Source: Curvularia clavata
Lineage: Eukaryota
DNA: 64,000 nt
Assembly: GCA_023920165.1 (NCBI GenBank)
Contig: CP089279.1
Span: 2,666,001-2,730,000, forward strand
Direction: 5' to 3'
The translations under genes and the position numbers were made by a program. This document shows positions 11,187 through 22,788 of the stretch, piece by piece (position 1 is the stretch's first letter; every line of letters begins with the position of its first letter). The notes below the pieces were generated by a model. It had not been told where the DNA came from. It did not search any database and worked only from the letters and a program-made list of their open reading frames with translations.

Positions 11187-12850
11187 ATGACTCTCGCAGA
11201 CCAGGCCAAGAAGGTGGCCGCCGAGTTTGACTTTAGCGACGATGCCGTCAACAAGGCTGTCAAGGAGTTCATAAGGGAAATGGGTAGGAACAGACACGGC
11301 GCCTGTTGGGAACAATCGCTGACACACGCCCGCAGACGAGGGCCTGGAGAAGAAGGGCACCGAATTGAGCCAGATCCCAACCTACGTCACTGCCGTTCCC
11401 AATGGCACCGAGAAGGTACACCACCATGACCATGCGACAAAACTACGACTAACATGGCCAGGGTCTCTACATGGCTGTCGACTTGGGCGGCACCAACTTT
11501 CGCGTCTGCTCCATCAAGCTGCACGGCAACACCACCTTCTCCATTACCCAGAGCAAGGTCGCTATCCCTCGCGAGCTCATGGTCGCTAAGACGTCCAAGG
11601 AGCTCTTTTCCTTCCTAGCAAAACAAATCGAAGCCTTCCTCAAAACGCACCACGAAGACCATTATGCCGGGACCCTTCGACGCAGAGAAGGAAAGGCTGG
11701 TGAGCCGGAAGAGGAGGAGATCTTCAACCTGGGCTTCACCTTTTCTTTCCCGGTGCAGCAGATTGGTATCAACAAGGGTATGCTGATGCGCTGGACAAAG
11801 GGCTTCGACATTGAGGATGCTGTTGGCAAGGACGTCTGCGCTCTGCTTCAGAACGAAATTGACGAGCTGCATCTTCCCGTCAGGGTGGCTGCCTTGGTCA
11901 ACGACACTGTTGGAACCCTCATGGCACGCTCGTACACTTCTCCTGGAAAGACTGGCACCCTGCTCGGCGCCATCTTTGGAACAGGCACCAACGGAGCGTA
12001 TGTTGAGAAGCTTTCGAAGATCTCGAAGCTCACACAGGACAAGGATGCCGGCGAGTACGACCAGTCCACAGGAGAGATGATTGTCAACAGCGAATGGGGC
12101 TCGTTCGATAACTCGCTCCGCACTCTGCCCAACAGCCCTTACGATATTGAGCTCGACAAGAACTCGGTAAACCCCGGCATCCAGATGTTCGAGAAGCGCA
12201 TATCAGGCATGTTCTTGGGTGAGCTTCTGCGCCTTGCTCTGCTCAAGCTCATCAAGGACCCTGCTGTCCCACTCTTCACTGATGACAACTCGTCCTCCAA
12301 CGACGTCCACAGCACCACGCAAATCCACGACGGCAGCCCAATATGGAAGCAGTGGGGTATCGACACGAGCTTCCTCAGCGTATGCGCGGGTGACCACAGC
12401 CCCGGTCTGCGCATGTTGAGACAAACTCTCGACAAGGAATACGACATTTCCGCCGTGAGCGCTGAAGACGCAGAGGCCGTCCGCGAAATCGCCGGTGCCA
12501 TTGGCCGCCGTGCAGCCCGCCTCGCCGCCGTCGCCATCGCCGGTGTCGTCATCAACACCGGGCGTCTGAACCAACCCGCTGCTGCCACCACGGAAGCCAA
12601 GGCCGGCGTCGAGCCCCCTCGCGGCGACGTCAGCGCCGACCAGGGCGATGAAATCGATGTTGGTGTCGATGGCTCGCTCGTCGAGTTTTACCCCAACTTT
12701 GAAGAGTACATCCGTGAGGCGCTGCGCGCAGTCCCGGAAATCGGGGCCAAAGGTGAAAAGAGGATTAGAATCGGTATTGCAAAGGATGGGTCCGGTGTTG
12801 GTGCTGCGCTGATTGCGCTCGTGGCGGGTAAAGTTGCGGCGCCGCAATGA
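11187..12850 (+). CDS. GLK1: Glucokinase (hexokinase family)
   Basis: Exons 11187-11283, 11336-11415 and 11462-12850. Motifs: [79 protein letters not shown]. An in-frame upstream ATG at 10839 may extend it. Confidence 0.95.
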
Positions 12851-14009
12851 AGCAATTTTACAAAGTAGAGAGAATAGAAAAAGTAGGGGAAAAGAAGCTC
12901 TCTGCCACACGGGTATCGACGGGCTTGGGGGTTTATTTTGGAAATGACATGATTGCGTATATATAGGAATTGAACGAGATGTCGGCTTCTTCTGCTATCA
13001 TCGTTGTATCTAGAGAATCGTACGTATGCGTATTCCTATTCCTATCCCTATTCCTCATGCATCTGTGTTCTATTCTCCCCCTAGTGCTTATCGCTCAAAA
13101 ACGAACAAAGACATCGAAGATGTTTTAAAATAAAAATAAAGGAAAAGTAAAACGAAAAAATTCATCGTTCCATTTCCTTCATGCTTTTCCCGAGTCCCGA
13201 CCCGACATGTTCGAAAATCTATCGCTGTTTCTTTCTTTTTTGCCGCTGCTTCACCGTCTTCTGCTTATCAGTAAGGGTCCTTTTCATCATCCTTGTTTTT
13301 TTCTTTTCTCTGTATAGTTGTGCTTTTCGCGCTTTGGTATTGATTTTGCACGAGTTCAACAAATTCCACGTGCAAATTTGCTTTTACTGCTTTTTTGGTC
13401 CATTGGAGCTTGGGCTGTATGGGGGCGCAGGAAGATACCGCATTAAGCATATTGATGAATGGGGCGAGAGAAGTATGCGAAGATGGGATGGTGGAATGGG
13501 GTTGTGGTGTCGATGGGATGTAGCAGAGGCTGGAATGGAAGGAAATGCGAGATGTTGGGATGAAAGAAAAGGAGAGAGTTGAGCAGCGGTGCACAGCGTC
13601 TTGTTCTTACGAGGCTGCATACTGTAGAATATTGATCAAAAATAGAAGGTGTTGCAGGTATACTTGCAAGAATTGGCGCGATGCTGATATTGACGGGGGA
13701 AGAAAGAGAAGAATAAAAAAATAGAACAAAGGGAGAGAGAGCCAGATTGCTGTCTCAGTATCAAAAAAAGACAACTCTTTGAAAAAAGGTTCGACTTTGG
13801 GTGATGCATAGGAGAGCCATTAGGGTCGGTCTCTCTCGAAAAAAGAGGTCTAACAAAGGCTTCTTGACGACTTTGAATATAGCGCACAGTGTTAAGCATA
13901 CCACAAATGATCTGGACAAACATCAGACGAAAACTCGCCTCAATCTTTGAAAAAAAAAAATTCAACACCACAACAAGCAACAGCATTCCTTAGAACTGCA
14001 AAAAGAAGA

Positions 14010-14083
14010 CGCCCGACCAGGGACTCGAACCCTGAGCCTTGAGATTAAAAGTCTCACGCGCTAACCAATTGTGCCAGCCGGGC
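14010..14083 (-). tRNA. tRNA-Lys (anticodon TTT), intronless
   Basis: Reverse complement GCCCGGC-TG-GCAC AATTGGTTA GCGC-G-TGAGA CTTTTAA TCTCA-AGGCT-CAGGG TTCGAGT CCCTG-GTCGGGC-G forms a cloverleaf; a T-run Pol III terminator follows. Confidence 0.96.
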
Positions 14084-14478
14084 TTTCTGATTTGATAGCA
14101 ATCTTTAATATTATTATAAATATAATGAGCAAAAGAATTACGGAGATACAAGATCTGTCTGCGATGTTGGGGGCGGAATCGTGGGGACCGGACTGGGAAG
14201 CGCTAAGCGAGGCGAGACTTGGAGAAAACCGGACTAGGCGATCGTATGGCTGATACGTTCGGCATGGGGCTGACAAGATTGACTGGGGCAAATACAGCTC
14301 CACTTGAAGTTGTGGAATGCGGATTTTTGGAATCTTCAGTGTGTGACAGAAATTGACGTTTGTGGGCCTACCATGGCATTTTGCAAACAGCTCTTGAGCG
14401 TGGTAATACGACTACAAAAGGTCATGCACGGCCCTCAACTTTATCAGGTGATTGCGCGAGCATACTCTCATTAACGAA

Positions 14479-15046
14479 ATGCGTATGGTGGACAATACAT
14501 TAATACAATTTGGATCGTCTGCCTCTTGTCAGCCTCGCCATGGCAAAATCCTGGATATCTAGCTGATTTATCGCAGAAAACGAAATCAAACGAGCTTTCG
14601 TGGAGTTTCTTAAGCAGGATACAATTTGGGTTCGGTGCGAACTTAGCCCAATATGAGCGATTCATCCAAACTAAGTTGTCAAAAGGGTCATTTATTCTTC
14701 GTTCATCGTTTGGGATGACCCGGCGAGGCGTCTAGGAATTCAGCTCGGCGGGTTACGAAAAGCAGACAACCAACCGGATGAAGTCTGGATTAAAAAGGGC
14801 GGAGATGTTCACAACTGGTTAGCAAAGATGAATTTCCTTGATGACTGGCTGGAGGGCCGTAGTCTGACTGAGCTCCGGCCTCGGCGATAGTATCCCGGGG
14901 CTGAGGGAAGCAGAGGTCAGGGAAGTTTCACGCGTCACCCAATTGACTTCTTCACGGACCCGGGAGAAGACGAGCTGTTTGATGACTGGGACATTTCAGT
15001 TGACCAGAAGACATTCAAGGCTTGGTACGAAGCTCGCCAGATTTAG
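14479..15046 (+). pseudogene. Possible small spliced gene or pseudogene of unknown function with an in-frame TAG
   Basis: Tentative exons 14479-14482, 14577-14634 and 14686-15046 give a protein-like frame (NEIKRAFVEFLKQDTIWVRVIYSSFIVWDDPARRLG...HPIDFFTDPGEDELFDDWDISVDQKTFKAWYEARQI) interrupted by TAG at 14888-14890. No homology recognised. Confidence 0.35.
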
Positions 15047-15435
15047 CGACTAATCATGACATTTGCGCATTCTAGCAGACGGAAGAGCTGAAACGAGTTT
15101 TAGTGGACAATCATAGCGATGTTGTAGGCAAATGTAACACAGCTTTTTGTTGAAAAAAGTGAATTCATGCCAAATGCTCATGAAACTATCTCCCAGGTGT
15201 ATACATTCGGCTACCAGAAATTAGGGTAAGGGTGACAGTTATCTCATACAGACTTTGCCCATCTTCTACAGTTGCTGCTAGATGTGCTCATTTGACGTTG
15301 TCGAGCGAAGACGATCAGACAATGCACTGTAGCGTATATTCCTAGGTCACCAAGCTCCCAGAAATAACCGGTCAGCTGCTTGTAGTAAACAATGACATTT
15401 TGTAAGATAGGTGGCCTATCAAACTACAATCTCTG

Positions 15436-16131
15436 TCAGATATACCAGGGCGTTAACGGCCTGGCCGATGGAGCGTTGATTACTTTTCCGTTTTTGTATA
15501 AGTAATCACCACCGTTTGCTCTGCTTTCTTCCTCTGCCAACCGATCATACTTTAACTCCAGGTCCATCAATCTCATTTCTTCACCTATTTTGGGGTCGAT
15601 AAACGACACGTTTTCCGGCCCACAAGGCCAGTAGTAGTCTTCTGAGGCTCCATGCCAGTCCTGAAACGCGTCCGTTTCATTGACGACAACATGTATTTCT
15701 AATGCGTTGACAAATTTTCGAAGCTCTCGACATGGGGTAAAGAAAAACCACGGATCTTCACCACTTTTGGAAATGAATCTCAGTCGTTTGATTCTATGAG
15801 CAATGGGCCAGAGAACCTCAAAGCGGCCATGGATGAAGATTGTGTCGACGTCTAGGTTCAACCAGATGTAGCGCTGATCTGACTCGTTTTTCTTGCCTTC
15901 GAGAACAGTTATATCGGAGATAGAACGCTCATATAGTCCAGCCTTTCGCGATTCTTGACATGTGTGTAATTGTGCTGGTAGTGGTGTAGATGAAGATGCA
16001 GCGCGAAGCCGAGTGTGAGGTCGTTCTATGAAGCGAGTGCGGACGTCAACAAGGCGAGGCTCTACAGTCAGCTCCCAAATCAAGAGTCGGAGTTCTTTGG
16101 GAAGTCGACAGAATGGGTGGAATGTCGCCAT
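15436..16131 (-). CDS. 2EXR-domain protein
   Basis: Intronless ORF starting MATFHPFCRLPKELRLLIWE, with LPAQLHTCQESR and IWLNLDVDTIF, the typical 2EXR pattern. Confidence 0.85.
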   Translation of the reverse strand: MATFHPFCRLPKELRLLIWELTVEPRLVDVRTRFIERPHTRLRAASSSTPLPAQLHTCQESRKAGLYERSISDITVLEGKKNESDQRYIWLNLDVDTIFIHGRFEVLWPIAHRIKRLRFISKSGEDPWFFFTPCRELRKFVNALEIHVVVNETDAFQDWHGASEDYYWPCGPENVSFIDPKIGEEMRLMDLELKYDRLAEEESRANGGDYLYKNGKVINAPSARPLTPWYI

Positions 16132-16522
16132 GCTGTACTGCAGCCTTTTGGAGATGTCGGGAGAGTTGTGTACATACAGGAAATGAGACAAATAGACAGC
16201 GTAGGCAACGGTGAGAGAGGGGTTGTGACACCACGCAAGCGAGATGCAGTTAACTGCAGGGCAATTGGACAGACTAGCGCGAGTAATTTACCTGGGTAGG
16301 ACAGCCCTCACCCAAAGGGCAAACCATAGGTTGAATGATTTTTCTCTTCTACTACAATCATCAAAAGTGTATATTAGTTCTTTGTAGTAGCGGCCTAGTA
16401 AGTGGGTGGAAAATGTGAGCTGCTTAACAACCTGTCCAATTGCCTATTTCAGTAAAAAAAGTCTTTGATTATTGTTTCTACCATTCTATTCCTGATTTTA
16501 TACTGGCAACACGTACATACAG

Positions 16523-17092
16523 TTATGTCTCGAACATTGCTGCCTGTCGCTTGGTATAAAAAAACCATGAAACGGTGAAGAACGCAGTGACCATAAACAA
16601 CAACCATTCAAACGCCCCAAAGACCGTCGCTGCCTTGAGCGCCCCACAGGAAACATAGCTGTCTGCACATGCTCCAGTTCCAATGTTCACAGCCACAGCA
16701 ATCCATCCAGCGAACCAGGAAAGAAGAGCTATCGCCTCCACAGCGATTCGAATGTACCCAACCCAAAGATGGCGCGTGAGTGCTTTTTCAGCAACATAGT
16801 AGAAAATGACGACCAAAACTGTCCAACCAGCGCAGAAGATCAGGAAGCCCCAGGCATTCGGGACACCGAAATAGCCTTCATACCCACCCCAGGGTGTATC
16901 GACGAAAGAAGTATGGCCACGGTACACGTTGATAGCTAGATGAGAGTAAGACACATGCATGCACTGGAAGAATTGTTTTCAGTAATTGGACATACCATAG
17001 CCGTCAGTTCCCATGATGATAATCGCAAAAATGACTTGCAACGCTCGGAGTGCCAGATTAAGCATTGAGTTTTCCGCAATGTGTGTCGCCAT
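16523..17092 (-). CDS. MARVEL-domain (4-TM) membrane protein
   Basis: Exons 17092-16996 and 16935-16523. LALRALQVIFAIIIMGTDGY, AWGFLIFCAGWT, EAIALLSWFAGWIAVA, CGALKAATVFGAFEWLLF. Confidence 0.88.
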
Positions 17093-17672
17093 GGTCCAAT
17101 TTGAGACTTGTAGTTGAAAAGAGAATGTGGTTGTATCGAGTCTCCAGTAAAAGTGAAAGAGATGTAGTGCGAAAATAAGAAGGAGAATGCTGCAATTCAA
17201 TCAAAAGATAGCTTCAACGAAACATCAAAATCGAGGGTCGAGCATGCATAGAAGATGAATTGACTGCTAGATGTACACACCAAGACTCTCACTCGTAGCA
17301 AAGTGCGAGTTACATTATATAGAACATACAGTGAATTTACAGAGACGACTACATCGCATAGTATGCGTCCCAACTAGGCAATCCTTTTTCGCAAGCTTCA
17401 CCGTAACCGGTTAATCCTCGCAACTCACACCACATCCGGCAATGCTTGCGAGACGGCCTTAGGCCACCCATACCAGGAAACCAATCACAATGACTGTTGC
17501 AGTTAAAGTAATAGCAGCACGTACAACGACCTACTACACAGCCACGCATCGTCGTAACGATAGTGGTAGGTAAAATTGTTTACACAGTGATGTTAAAAAA
17601 AAAGATATTCGTCTTGTGGTTTCAGACAGAGATTGAATGTACTTTAATCTTGAAACGTATTGTAGAGAATAT

Positions 17673-20570
17673 CTAGTCCTTTGAATCTTCCTGCCTCATA
17701 TTATGCTGTGATTCTTCAATCTCTTCCATATCCTCTTCCGGGTCGCCCTTCTTCTTCAGGTTCTTCTGCATCAAGGTCCACTTGTCAATGACTTGTTGCT
17801 TTTCCTCATCCGAACTCTGCATCCACTCCTCATACCCCTGGGCTGCCCTGGATGCAATAATATAACTCTGCACATTGCTGCCAAACAGATTCTGGACCTC
17901 TTTGTTGACTCCCTGCAGCGTGTGACTGAGAATACCCAAAGCGGCTGCACCTGGCTTGACCAGAAGTCCAGCGATGCCTTTACCCACTCCCTTGAAGAAG
18001 CCGCCGGCGCCTTCTTTGCGGGCGCCGTTCAAAGGCTGAGTCACCAAGCCCGTTATGCCATCATAGAAGCCAAAATGGAATTCTCTTCCCACTGCCTTCA
18101 TGCCCGACCTGAAATCGCTTACCCTCTCTTGAGGGCGCACGGTATCGTCTCCCCAGAGCTTAGGGAGATTGTGCACCCCTCTAGTCAGGTTTACCGAGAT
18201 GTCCACAGGACCTTGGACGAGCGCTCTTGCGAAACGACCAGCCCCTTTGGTCATGTGGACGCCGACGGGGCGAAGCATATCCGGATCTTTACTAGGGCCA
18301 GGTGCATCGCGACTGCGAACCTGACTGAGGTTGAGGTCTTCTTGCTTAGCACTCGGCTGGCCTAGTAGTGAATCATGTGCAGAATTTTGATCAGCCAGTG
18401 ATGTAGGAGTTGACAGATTGGTGACTTCTTGGTGATTTTCGGTACGATCAAGACAGTCTTTTGTGATCGAGCCTGTTTCAGTGCGTCCAGCCAGATCCAC
18501 TGGGTTTGAGCTTTCTCCCACACGTGAGGCTTCGTCTTGGCTTGAAACCTTAGACAACGATACCTGGGACCGTTGTCGGCTGCGTTCAGCTGGAATCTGC
18601 ACAGCTTTCCATGTCTCTGAAGGAACACGGGCTAGCCCCATCATCATACCGCCGGTTGCCCTCGCAAAAGCAACGAAGCCTCCCGTTATGGGGTCTACAG
18701 GGCCTTCGTCAGTATAATGTTCTTGAGGTCTGAAAAGCTTCAGATCTTGGAAATCTAAAAGATTTGCATTCGCCAAAGTACAGGCAGCAAAAGCGCTCAA
18801 CCTGACCTTAGTCCGCTTGATACGCCATACACCAACTCGAGATGGTGCAAGAGAGCAGCGGAGTCTGTCAGGCTCAAGAAATCGATGCATCGACTGAGCA
18901 CCCATCTCACAGCCTTGCTCCGCCGCGATCTTGCTTGCAAGCTCTCGAGCACGCTCCAGAGTCTCGGGCCTCAGACAGAATTTGATGGCTTCTGCTAGCT
19001 TGTCTGCCGTTAGTTGTTTGTGAGGAATTGGTTCTGGGCCTGCACCTGCTCGCGCGATCATACTTCCCCAGAAAGGCTGGTCTCCAAAGAATGGGACAAT
19101 CGTGGTTGGTCGGCCTGCAGAAATTCCTGCTGCTGTAGTTCCTGCACCGCCATGATGAATGACACAAGAAACATGTTTAAAGAGCCAGTCGTGTGGCACA
19201 TTTCCGAGTATGAAGACTCCATCGGGAATATCAAGCTCATCTGCACCTATACCACCCCAGCCTTTGGAGAGGAGAACACGCTGGCCAGTCTTCCTTACAG
19301 CCTCAAATATGAGTTTTGTCATCGCATCAGGGTCGTCTAGAACAATACTCCCGAACCCTATGTAGAGAGGGGGTGAACCGTTGTTAAGGAATGCCATCAA
19401 GTCAGCATTGGGGGCGTAGTCGGAGGTCAAATCGAGAAAGTAAAATCCAGAGATAGATATATGTGAACCCCAGTCGCTTGGCTTGGGTATTAGGGCGGGA
19501 GACCAGCAGTAGGTGTGAGGTATTTTCAAACGATGGAGCATTCCTGGGCCTCGAATCGTACTAATGGGATCCAGACCGAGACACTTGGCACGAAATCGGT
19601 TGATGATATCACCCAGAGCCTGCCACGAGAGCAATTCGACCATGGAATAGCTGATATAGTTTGTCAGATGAGGGTCGGCATTAGATGATTGAATATTTGT
19701 CAGGGGATGAGGAAAGGCCTGTGTGGGCGAGTATGGCATAGTGAACATAATGTGCAGCGGTATTCCCAGCTTCTCTGCGCAGTGAATATGGGCAAAGCTT
19801 GGAGGATTAGCAATGATGCAATCTGCAACGAAGTGTTTTAATGTAGGTTCGGAGCCGGTGTCGTTCATAGAGAGCTCGTCGTGATCACTGCTGATTCCAT
19901 CGCCAGCTTGGTAACACGATCGCCAGCAGCCTTGAATGTACTCAGCAACGTCTTTTCTTCGCTGGCCGACGTCTCCATCTGTCAAACTGCGCAGGCCGGG
20001 CCTCAGACTGGGATTTTTGACCATGAATGCCATTAAACGAGCGGGGTCACCGCCAATGCTGAAGAACTCTAGGCCATTTTCCCGGACAAAGTCTTTAAAA
20101 ACGGGATGGGTCGCAAGACGTACACGATGGCCATAGACACCTTTCAAGACTTTTCCCAAGGCGACAAAGGGCTGAACATCTCCGCGAGAGCCAACGACCT
20201 GGATGACAATGTTCAAGCGTGGAATTGGATGTTTGGATGATGGCGAAATGGAAGGACCATCTTGAGCATCTTGGATGTTTTTGTTTGGGTCAGGAGTAAA
20301 GATTTGTGACAATCGGCGGTTCAACTGATTGATGCGGATGTTGACACGACCATCGTCAGTGACAACGGCACTTGAGCCTGTACCGTTCGTCTCGTCGTCA
20401 TGGATCTCGCCATACGTGTCACCGTAGGGAGGAGGGACGTCGTCTTCAGCCAGAGGCTGATTGGTGACCAGGTCTAGGAGGTGGGGATCAGGTGTCGTGG
20501 GGCTGGTGGGGTCGGCTTCGGTGACAGCTTGAGCCTGCTGTGCCACAACATCAGGAACAGGTTGACCCAT
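17673..20570 (-). CDS. UDP-glycosyltransferase family GT1, sterol 3-beta-glucosyltransferase-like (no PH/GRAM domains)
   Basis: Intronless 965-aa ORF. LNIVIQVVGSRGDVQPFVALG, RVRLATH, IIANPPSFAHIHCAE, YIGFGSI, PHDWLF, HHGGAGTTAAG, PFFGDQPFWG. Confidence 0.93.
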   Translation of the reverse strand: MGQPVPDVVAQQAQAVTEADPTSPTTPDPHLLDLVTNQPLAEDDVPPPYGDTYGEIHDDETNGTGSSAVVTDDGRVNIRINQLNRRLSQIFTPDPNKNIQDAQDGPSISPSSKHPIPRLNIVIQVVGSRGDVQPFVALGKVLKGVYGHRVRLATHPVFKDFVRENGLEFFSIGGDPARLMAFMVKNPSLRPGLRSLTDGDVGQRRKDVAEYIQGCWRSCYQAGDGISSDHDELSMNDTGSEPTLKHFVADCIIANPPSFAHIHCAEKLGIPLHIMFTMPYSPTQAFPHPLTNIQSSNADPHLTNYISYSMVELLSWQALGDIINRFRAKCLGLDPISTIRGPGMLHRLKIPHTYCWSPALIPKPSDWGSHISISGFYFLDLTSDYAPNADLMAFLNNGSPPLYIGFGSIVLDDPDAMTKLIFEAVRKTGQRVLLSKGWGGIGADELDIPDGVFILGNVPHDWLFKHVSCVIHHGGAGTTAAGISAGRPTTIVPFFGDQPFWGSMIARAGAGPEPIPHKQLTADKLAEAIKFCLRPETLERARELASKIAAEQGCEMGAQSMHRFLEPDRLRCSLAPSRVGVWRIKRTKVRLSAFAACTLANANLLDFQDLKLFRPQEHYTDEGPVDPITGGFVAFARATGGMMMGLARVPSETWKAVQIPAERSRQRSQVSLSKVSSQDEASRVGESSNPVDLAGRTETGSITKDCLDRTENHQEVTNLSTPTSLADQNSAHDSLLGQPSAKQEDLNLSQVRSRDAPGPSKDPDMLRPVGVHMTKGAGRFARALVQGPVDISVNLTRGVHNLPKLWGDDTVRPQERVSDFRSGMKAVGREFHFGFYDGITGLVTQPLNGARKEGAGGFFKGVGKGIAGLLVKPGAAALGILSHTLQGVNKEVQNLFGSNVQSYIIASRAAQGYEEWMQSSDEEKQQVIDKWTLMQKNLKKKGDPEEDMEEIEESQHNMRQEDSKD

Positions 20571-20747
20571 GTTTTTGAAGGGCTGGTGATGGAGGAAAGA
20601 AGACAGGAAATGCCATGTTTAGGACATGAGACTAAGAGCCGAAGGTTTCGCCTAGCCGCCGAACTGGCGGCCTAAAGGAGTGTAGGAACGCAGGAGGCGC
20701 AGTAGGTTAATTGTAGCCGTGAAGTCTGCCAAGCCACTGACCACTTT

Positions 20748-20761
20748 ACGCGTCGACGCGT
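20748..20761. promoter_or_regulatory. Tandem MCB (MluI cell-cycle box, ACGCGT) pair forming a 14-bp palindrome
   Basis: ACGCGTCGACGCGT ends 66 bp upstream of the RFC5 ATG. MCB/MBF control of replication genes is established in fungi. Confidence 0.7.
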
Positions 20762-20826
20762 CTACCCCATGCACGCTCCCCCAACTTTTACGTTCCTACA
20801 ACGACGTCCACAAGCAACACCACCCA

Positions 20827-22056
20827 ATGGCGCTTTTAGTAGACAAACACCGGCCGCGCAACCTGGAAGCGCTCAGCTACCATTCTGAACTCTCGGACCG
20901 CTTGCGAGCTCTAGTAAGGGATTCAGCGAGAGCACCTGGGACACATCTGACAATTGCACTACAGGCACAAAGCGGTGACTTTCCACATCTCCTCGTATAC
21001 GGCCCTTCTGGAGCAGGCAAGAAGACGCGAATTGTTGCGACACTCAAAGAACTCTATGGGCCTGGTGTTGAGAAAATCAAGATCGACGCGCGTGTCTTCC
21101 AGACGACTACGAACCGTAAACTCGAGTTCAACATCGTTGCTTCCGTATACCACCTCGAGATCACGCCCTCAGATGTCGGAAACTACGACAGAGTAGTAGT
21201 GCAGGACTTGCTCAAGGAAGTCGCGCAGACACAGCAAGTCGACTTGGGCGCAAAGCAGCGATTCAAGGTCGTCGTTATCAATGAGGCTGACCACCTGACA
21301 CGAGATGCGCAGGCAGCGTTGAGGCGGACAATGGAGAAGTACAGCCCGAACCTGCGATTGATCTTACTAGCAAACTCGACGAGTAATATCATTGCCCCCA
21401 TCAGGAGCAGAACGCTGCTTGTGCGAGTAGCGGCACCTACGGAAACTGAGATCTGCGATGTGCTGAGCAAGGTGGGCAAAAAGGAAGGATGGAAGGAGGT
21501 TGAGAGCCTAAACCAGAGGATCGCAAAAGAGAGTGGCCGCAACCTCCGAAAGGCACTTTTGATGTTTGAAGCAGTGCACGCCCAGAAGTAGGCATTTCTT
21601 TCAATTATGCATGCCCGAAATCTTTGCTAATACTCGATTAGTGAGAAGATTACAGATCAAACACACATCCCACCACCTGATTGGGAGGCTCTGATCGAGC
21701 AGATAGCCCGCCAAATCGTCGAAGAGCGATCTCCTCAACGGCTCCTTCAGGTTCGCGCTTCCCTCTACGATCTATTGTCACATTGTATCGACCCGACAAC
21801 CATCATAAAAACACTCACGTGGAAACTCATACCCAAAACGGACGACGCACTGAAGCCCGAGGTTATCAAATGGGCGGCTTTCTACGAACATAGGTGCAAA
21901 ATGGGTGCCAAACACATATTCCACCTAGAGGCATTTGTTGCCAAATATATGAGACTATACGAGAGGTATGTGAAGTTGTAAAAAGATCTGAGATTTGTGT
22001 GTCAAACTGACACTCCTTGCAGCTACTCCATGGGCCTGGATTTCGATTCCGCATAA
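20827..22056 (+). CDS. RFC5: Replication factor C subunit 5 (yeast Rfc5 / human RFC3)
   Basis: Exons 20827-20913, 20965-21587, 21642-21965 and 22023-22056. MALLVDKHRP, FPHLLVYGPSGAGKKT, VINEADHLTRDAQAALRRTMEKY, IFHLEAFVAK. Confidence 0.96.
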
Positions 22057-22339
22057 AAGGAAGCGTTGATATCGCCGAACGGCACCACAAAAAGCATGAA
22101 GATTGCGAATCGGGCATGGGTAGATTTAGCGTGAGGTGTTCTGGCGTTGTTGAACGCGTTTCGCGTACCGGAGTTTACGAGTAGTTACGTCATAAGTTGT
22201 TCTCAACATACCCAGCTACCTCGAGCTCTCGGGCTTCAGCTCCATTCCATCTATCCATTGCACAAACACCTCAAAAGTCCCTTCTCAACCCCTCTTCTCA
22301 TTTGTGCCTTTTACCTCAATTCGATTACACTTAGTCAAC

Positions 22340-22788
22340 ATGTCAGACAAACTCATGGATACCGAAGTTGGCGGCGAACAAACCCAATACGAAGGCATTC
22401 ACACATACGTCGAGCCGCACGACAAGAAATACGGTCAACTAGGCAGTATGCTCTACTGTCCCATTCATAATTCATCCTTTTCTTAATTCACCCCGCTTAC
22501 ACCACCTTTTGCACAGACTCCTCAGAAGGCACATCGGTCCACGCAAAGACCGCGGACCCTGGTGCCCCAAACACGCATGGCATCACACCTGCGGACAAGA
22601 TCCGCTATGGCCAAAGTATCCAAGAAGGCGGCATGGGAGGCAAGACTACAACGTCAGTTGGTGAGGCGAAAGCTGAGTCTGGATTTGGAGGGACCGAGGC
22701 GTTAGGCGATGATGAGAATGCTGCGAAGCAGAGGCGGGAGCAGGGTTATGGCGGAAGCAAGGATATGGATAGAAGCATTGGTGCGTAG
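22340..22788 (+). CDS. Small hydrophilic Gly-rich fungal protein (hydrophilin/stress-protein-like), function unknown
   Basis: Exons 22340-22445 and 22517-22788 (GTATGC...CACAG). Product MSDKLMDTEVGG...ADKIRYGQSIQEGGMGGKTT...RREQGYGGSKDMDRSIGA. CRE-like TTACGTCA upstream at 22185-22192. Confidence 0.8.

Noticed and set aside
13181..13986. A/T-tract-rich ORFs between GLK1 and tRNA-Lys, possible RIP-degraded element
   Set aside because: Low-complexity translations with no transposase, RT or terminal repeats; AT-rich flanks are common next to tRNA genes.
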